Under the pieces are notes generated by a model. The model was not told the DNA's origin. It saw nothing but the letters and a program-made list of their open reading frames with translations, and ran no database searches. The position numbers and the translations under genes are program-made. A stretch of 64,000 bases of DNA from Amphiscolops sp. MND2022 (Eukaryota), in contig OZ076412.1 in the NCBI GenBank assembly GCA_964187785.1, positions 32,612,001-32,676,000 on the forward strand. Reading direction: 5' to 3'. The number at the start of each line of letters is the position of its first letter. Position 1 is the first letter of the stretch. This document shows, piece after piece, positions 61,010 through 64,000 of the stretch.

Positions 61010-61805
61010 TGTCATGTGCATTATATACCTTATGATACTAATCTTGACTAGAAATATGTGGAAAATGTGAGTGTCATCCACTCAGGGTTGTAAATACCGG
61101 TGCTGAGCCTGAGTGGGACACAATTCATATTCAACGCGTCTAGTAAAGATTGTTTTACAAACGGTTTCACTGTTATTTTCCGAGTTGAGTAATTCATTGT
61201 TTATTTCAGACTTTTCTCAATGCCCACTACTAAAAAACAGAAGAAAGCTAGGAAATCTAGAGGAATTGAGATGCTCTCAGATAATAGAAAGCTTAGACAT
61301 CGTGCTTGGTGAAAATCATTTCGACAGAAATGAAAGAGATGAAAGCCTCAATAGTAATTGTGCCAGAAGGCTAGAAAGCACTATAGAAGATGAGGTCGAA
61401 AAAATAACGGAAATAGACAATTAGACTCAAGGGAAATCAATCCTGAAACTAATGCCAACTACAGTCACAACTCATCGGAAGGTAATTCCAGTGCAGAGAT
61501 CAATAGATTGTCAAGTGAACTGAATTCAAGGTTGTCGAGGGAATTAGACGAACTGATGAGTAGTGTTAACACCCAGATCCAAAAAGCAATTAGTGACGCA
61601 ATTGGAAATCAGATATTACCAAACATCTAAACTGCCCTGAATGCCGGATCAGGTCAAATGACACACAACAGGTGGAACGTTCCGTCCGAGAGACCTGAAG
61701 TATATCCCGAAGATACTTACGGCGAGAAAGCTAAGAGAACTAACAGGAACGACCAGCGCTTTGAATACCAAAATAGTAGTCAACCTAATTTACGCGCTCA
61801 CGACA
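61010..61805 (+). repeat. Putative 5' LTR of element C (~796 bp) containing the ORF start at 61220
   Basis: Starts TGTCATG and ends CACGACA (imperfect inverted termini), followed by TGG-PBS. No second LTR lies in the window to confirm it. Confidence 0.65.
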
Positions 61806-61817
61806 TGGTGACAGGAG
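61806..61817 (+). promoter_or_regulatory. Primer-binding site (tRNA-Leu-like, 1 mismatch to TGGTGTCAGGAG)
   Basis: CA|TGGTGACAGGAG. The tRNA assignment is from memory of the Leu(CAG/CAA) 3' end. Confidence 0.6.
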
Positions 61818-63044
61818 ACAACGAATCTCCAATCGAAGCTCCTGAGTTTCTCACGGGACGAATGCCATCTAGAAATCATCTTCACAGTTCCCATAATGAC
61901 TTCAACCCCCTCCTTGATACGACGATCCCAGCACAAGAAAAGACCGTTCCGGCTACAGAACAAGACCCCATCAACAGGCTAGCTGACGTCTTGACAAACA
62001 TGCAGAATCGTCCAACAGCCCAAAAGCTCACTATCCGCCCGGTCAACTCAAACACAATGACCTTTGACAGCAAAATGAGAAATTTGAACTGTTCAAAGAT
62101 CTATTCCACATGATGATCAAGATGCAGCCTGAGATGTTTGAGCAGATGAAAATTAATCATTTTCATTCGCTCTTGCGGAAAAATGTCTTACAAACATTCC
62201 TCAATATTAGCACAGCTAACTGACAAACCATCGAAGACGTGTTATTCATTTTCAGACAAAAAGACCTCAAACCTGAATCACAGGCGACAGCCAAACACAA
62301 ATGGCACCGTCTGGTAATTGACCCAAACAGGACAAAATTACCACATTTTCTTGAAGAACTCAATCAAGGCGCCGAAAAGGCGTTTGGAGACAACGCCCAA
62401 AAGATGATTGACAGTCTCCTATACGCAATATTGCCGCCGAAGTTGAAAAGATCAGCCAACATGGCCAAGACTAGAAAACGGCTCCTACGACGAAATCGTC
62501 ACTCATCTTGAAAGAGAGCTTCAGTTAAATGCCCTTGAAGAATCCGACGACCTACCAATGGCGTCATGGACATCTTCAGTCACCAAACCAAAAACTGTTT
62601 CTTCCAATGTACAGATGAGTGACAAACTTGCAACTATTGCAAGGAAAAGGGCCATATGGTCAAAAACTGTAAAAAACTCAAAAAGAAAAAAGAAAAAAAT
62701 CTTTGCCAACAAGGCAAATCAACCCAGAAAAAAACTTATCCTGAGTGTGGAACTTAACTGTGGTAAGAAAAATCATCCCGAGGAAAGGTGTTGGCAAGGT
62801 GCAGGTGCACACCTCAAACCCAAACGCACCAGGTCAGAAGACCCTAGTGATAACAAACTGGACTCCAAAGCTCCAAAACTTCATCCCAAGCCACCATCAT
62901 CCAATTCCCAACCCTCTTCTAAAAATGATGATTCAAAAAACTAGCTTCGCCACGACTCCAATATAACCAACTGGTATCAGTCCGACAATATATCAGTTTG
63001 GATCCTCCAACAAAGGCATTCCATGATTATCAACAACAACTAAT

Positions 63045-63926
63045 GTGCTATCCCTCTGTTGTCTAGCAGCAGCAGTTGGAAAATTTACCATTATTACCTA
63101 TAATAACACCCACCTGTTCCAAAAACCAATTCCTGTTTGGGATCCTGATTACACAGCTGCAATTACTACCCGCTTCAGGCCCATTCCATTAATAGACGAT
63201 TACAGGCCAACATACATCGACCCAGAGTATTGTAGAGATCCCTACTGGGATACCGAGATCTATAACCAGGACCTATTGCAATTCCAATATGTCATAGATG
63301 ACAATGACCATTACAACAAGACAGTCCACGAGAATCCTCCAATTACCCACAACAAGAAAACGAGAGCACTCATTCAGAATTGGCAAATGAATGATGGTAC
63401 CAACCATCCCGTGTTCCCAAACCCTTTGGGGACTGAGAATACTGAAAACACTGCTGAATCAATTTCACAATCCCTACTAGATGAAACACAATTCCAGAAT
63501 GTACTCATCACCAAAGAAGGTGAGCCAGACTATATACCCCTGTCAACCAACATTAGTCTTAAAAGCAAGAAACGCATGCTCTATTTTCCAATGGACTTTG
63601 GGGAATTGACCATAGATGGATTAATTGATACTGAGGCACTATCCAGTGCAATCCCAGAAATGGACCTACGGAAAATCCGACTTCTATTTCCACAATCTGT
63701 TGTCCGGGAAAGTCCACCTCCGAATTTCCAAATCATGGTCGCAAAAGGGCAACTAGAGACTCCCAGAGGTACCATAGAGCTCAAAATTGAAGTTGGTGAT
63801 ATTTTCATTGTAATGGAACATTTGACAGGACCTATCATTGGACTAATGTTCCTTCAAAGGAATCATACAGTACTGGACATGAGACAAGGAATACTGAATC
63901 TTCCCGTTCTTTTCGATGCAGCTTAA
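63045..63926 (+). pseudogene. pol N-terminal region and aspartic protease of element C
   Basis: MLYFPMDFGELTIDGLIDTEALSSAIPE (DTG to DTE), IGLMFLQRNHTVLD. Confidence 0.85.
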
Positions 63927-64000
63927 AACAGCTGATCACAAATACTCAAATGTATTAGAACCGATTCTCAATCCTAATGAGATAACCATTCCGCCAAATG

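Larger units (their letters stand above)
61010..64000 (+). mobile_element. Gypsy-like long-LTR element (element C), decayed; continues past the window
   Basis: LTR, PBS TGGTGACAGGAG, gag (FHSLLRKNVLQTF; LERELQLNALE), knuckle CNYCKEKGHMVKNC (62629-62670), protease LIDTEALSSAI. Gag motifs are homologous to the array gag. Confidence 0.9.

Overview
Eukaryotic (invertebrate-type), AT-rich, transposon-dense DNA with spliceosomal introns. I see no prokaryotic operons, rRNA, tRNA genes or CRISPR. Left to right: (1) 1-5792, a decayed minus-strand Ty3/Gypsy element (short LTR, tRNA-Ser-like PBS, gag-PR-RT-RH-IN), cut off by the window edge. (2) 7862-49105, a 41-kb head-to-tail array of a much larger minus-strand Gypsy-like element, period about 11.27 kb where measurable. 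Its 739-bp LTR contains the start of the gag ORF. Between pol and the PPT/3' LTR lies a ~6-kb accessory region with an antisense six-intron gene (BED-like Zn finger, hAT-transposase-like motifs), a CRE-rich divergent promoter, a sense acidic ORF with a hydrophobic N-terminus, and a second CRE cluster upstream of another decayed ORF. All copies are pseudogenised, with shared and complementary deletions and a recent 3,583-bp tandem duplication. (3) 50496-50883, a MITE with TIR subrepeats and a 9-bp TSD. (4) 53413-54127, two exons of a Cys-loop ligand-gated ion channel gene. (5) 54603-59559, a two-LTR Gypsy insertion (TSD GCCTA) just downstream of those exons, probably intronic. (6) 61010-64000, the 5' part of a plus-strand element of the same long-LTR, ORF-in-LTR type. 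All calls come from reading the sequence by eye; no database searches were run.
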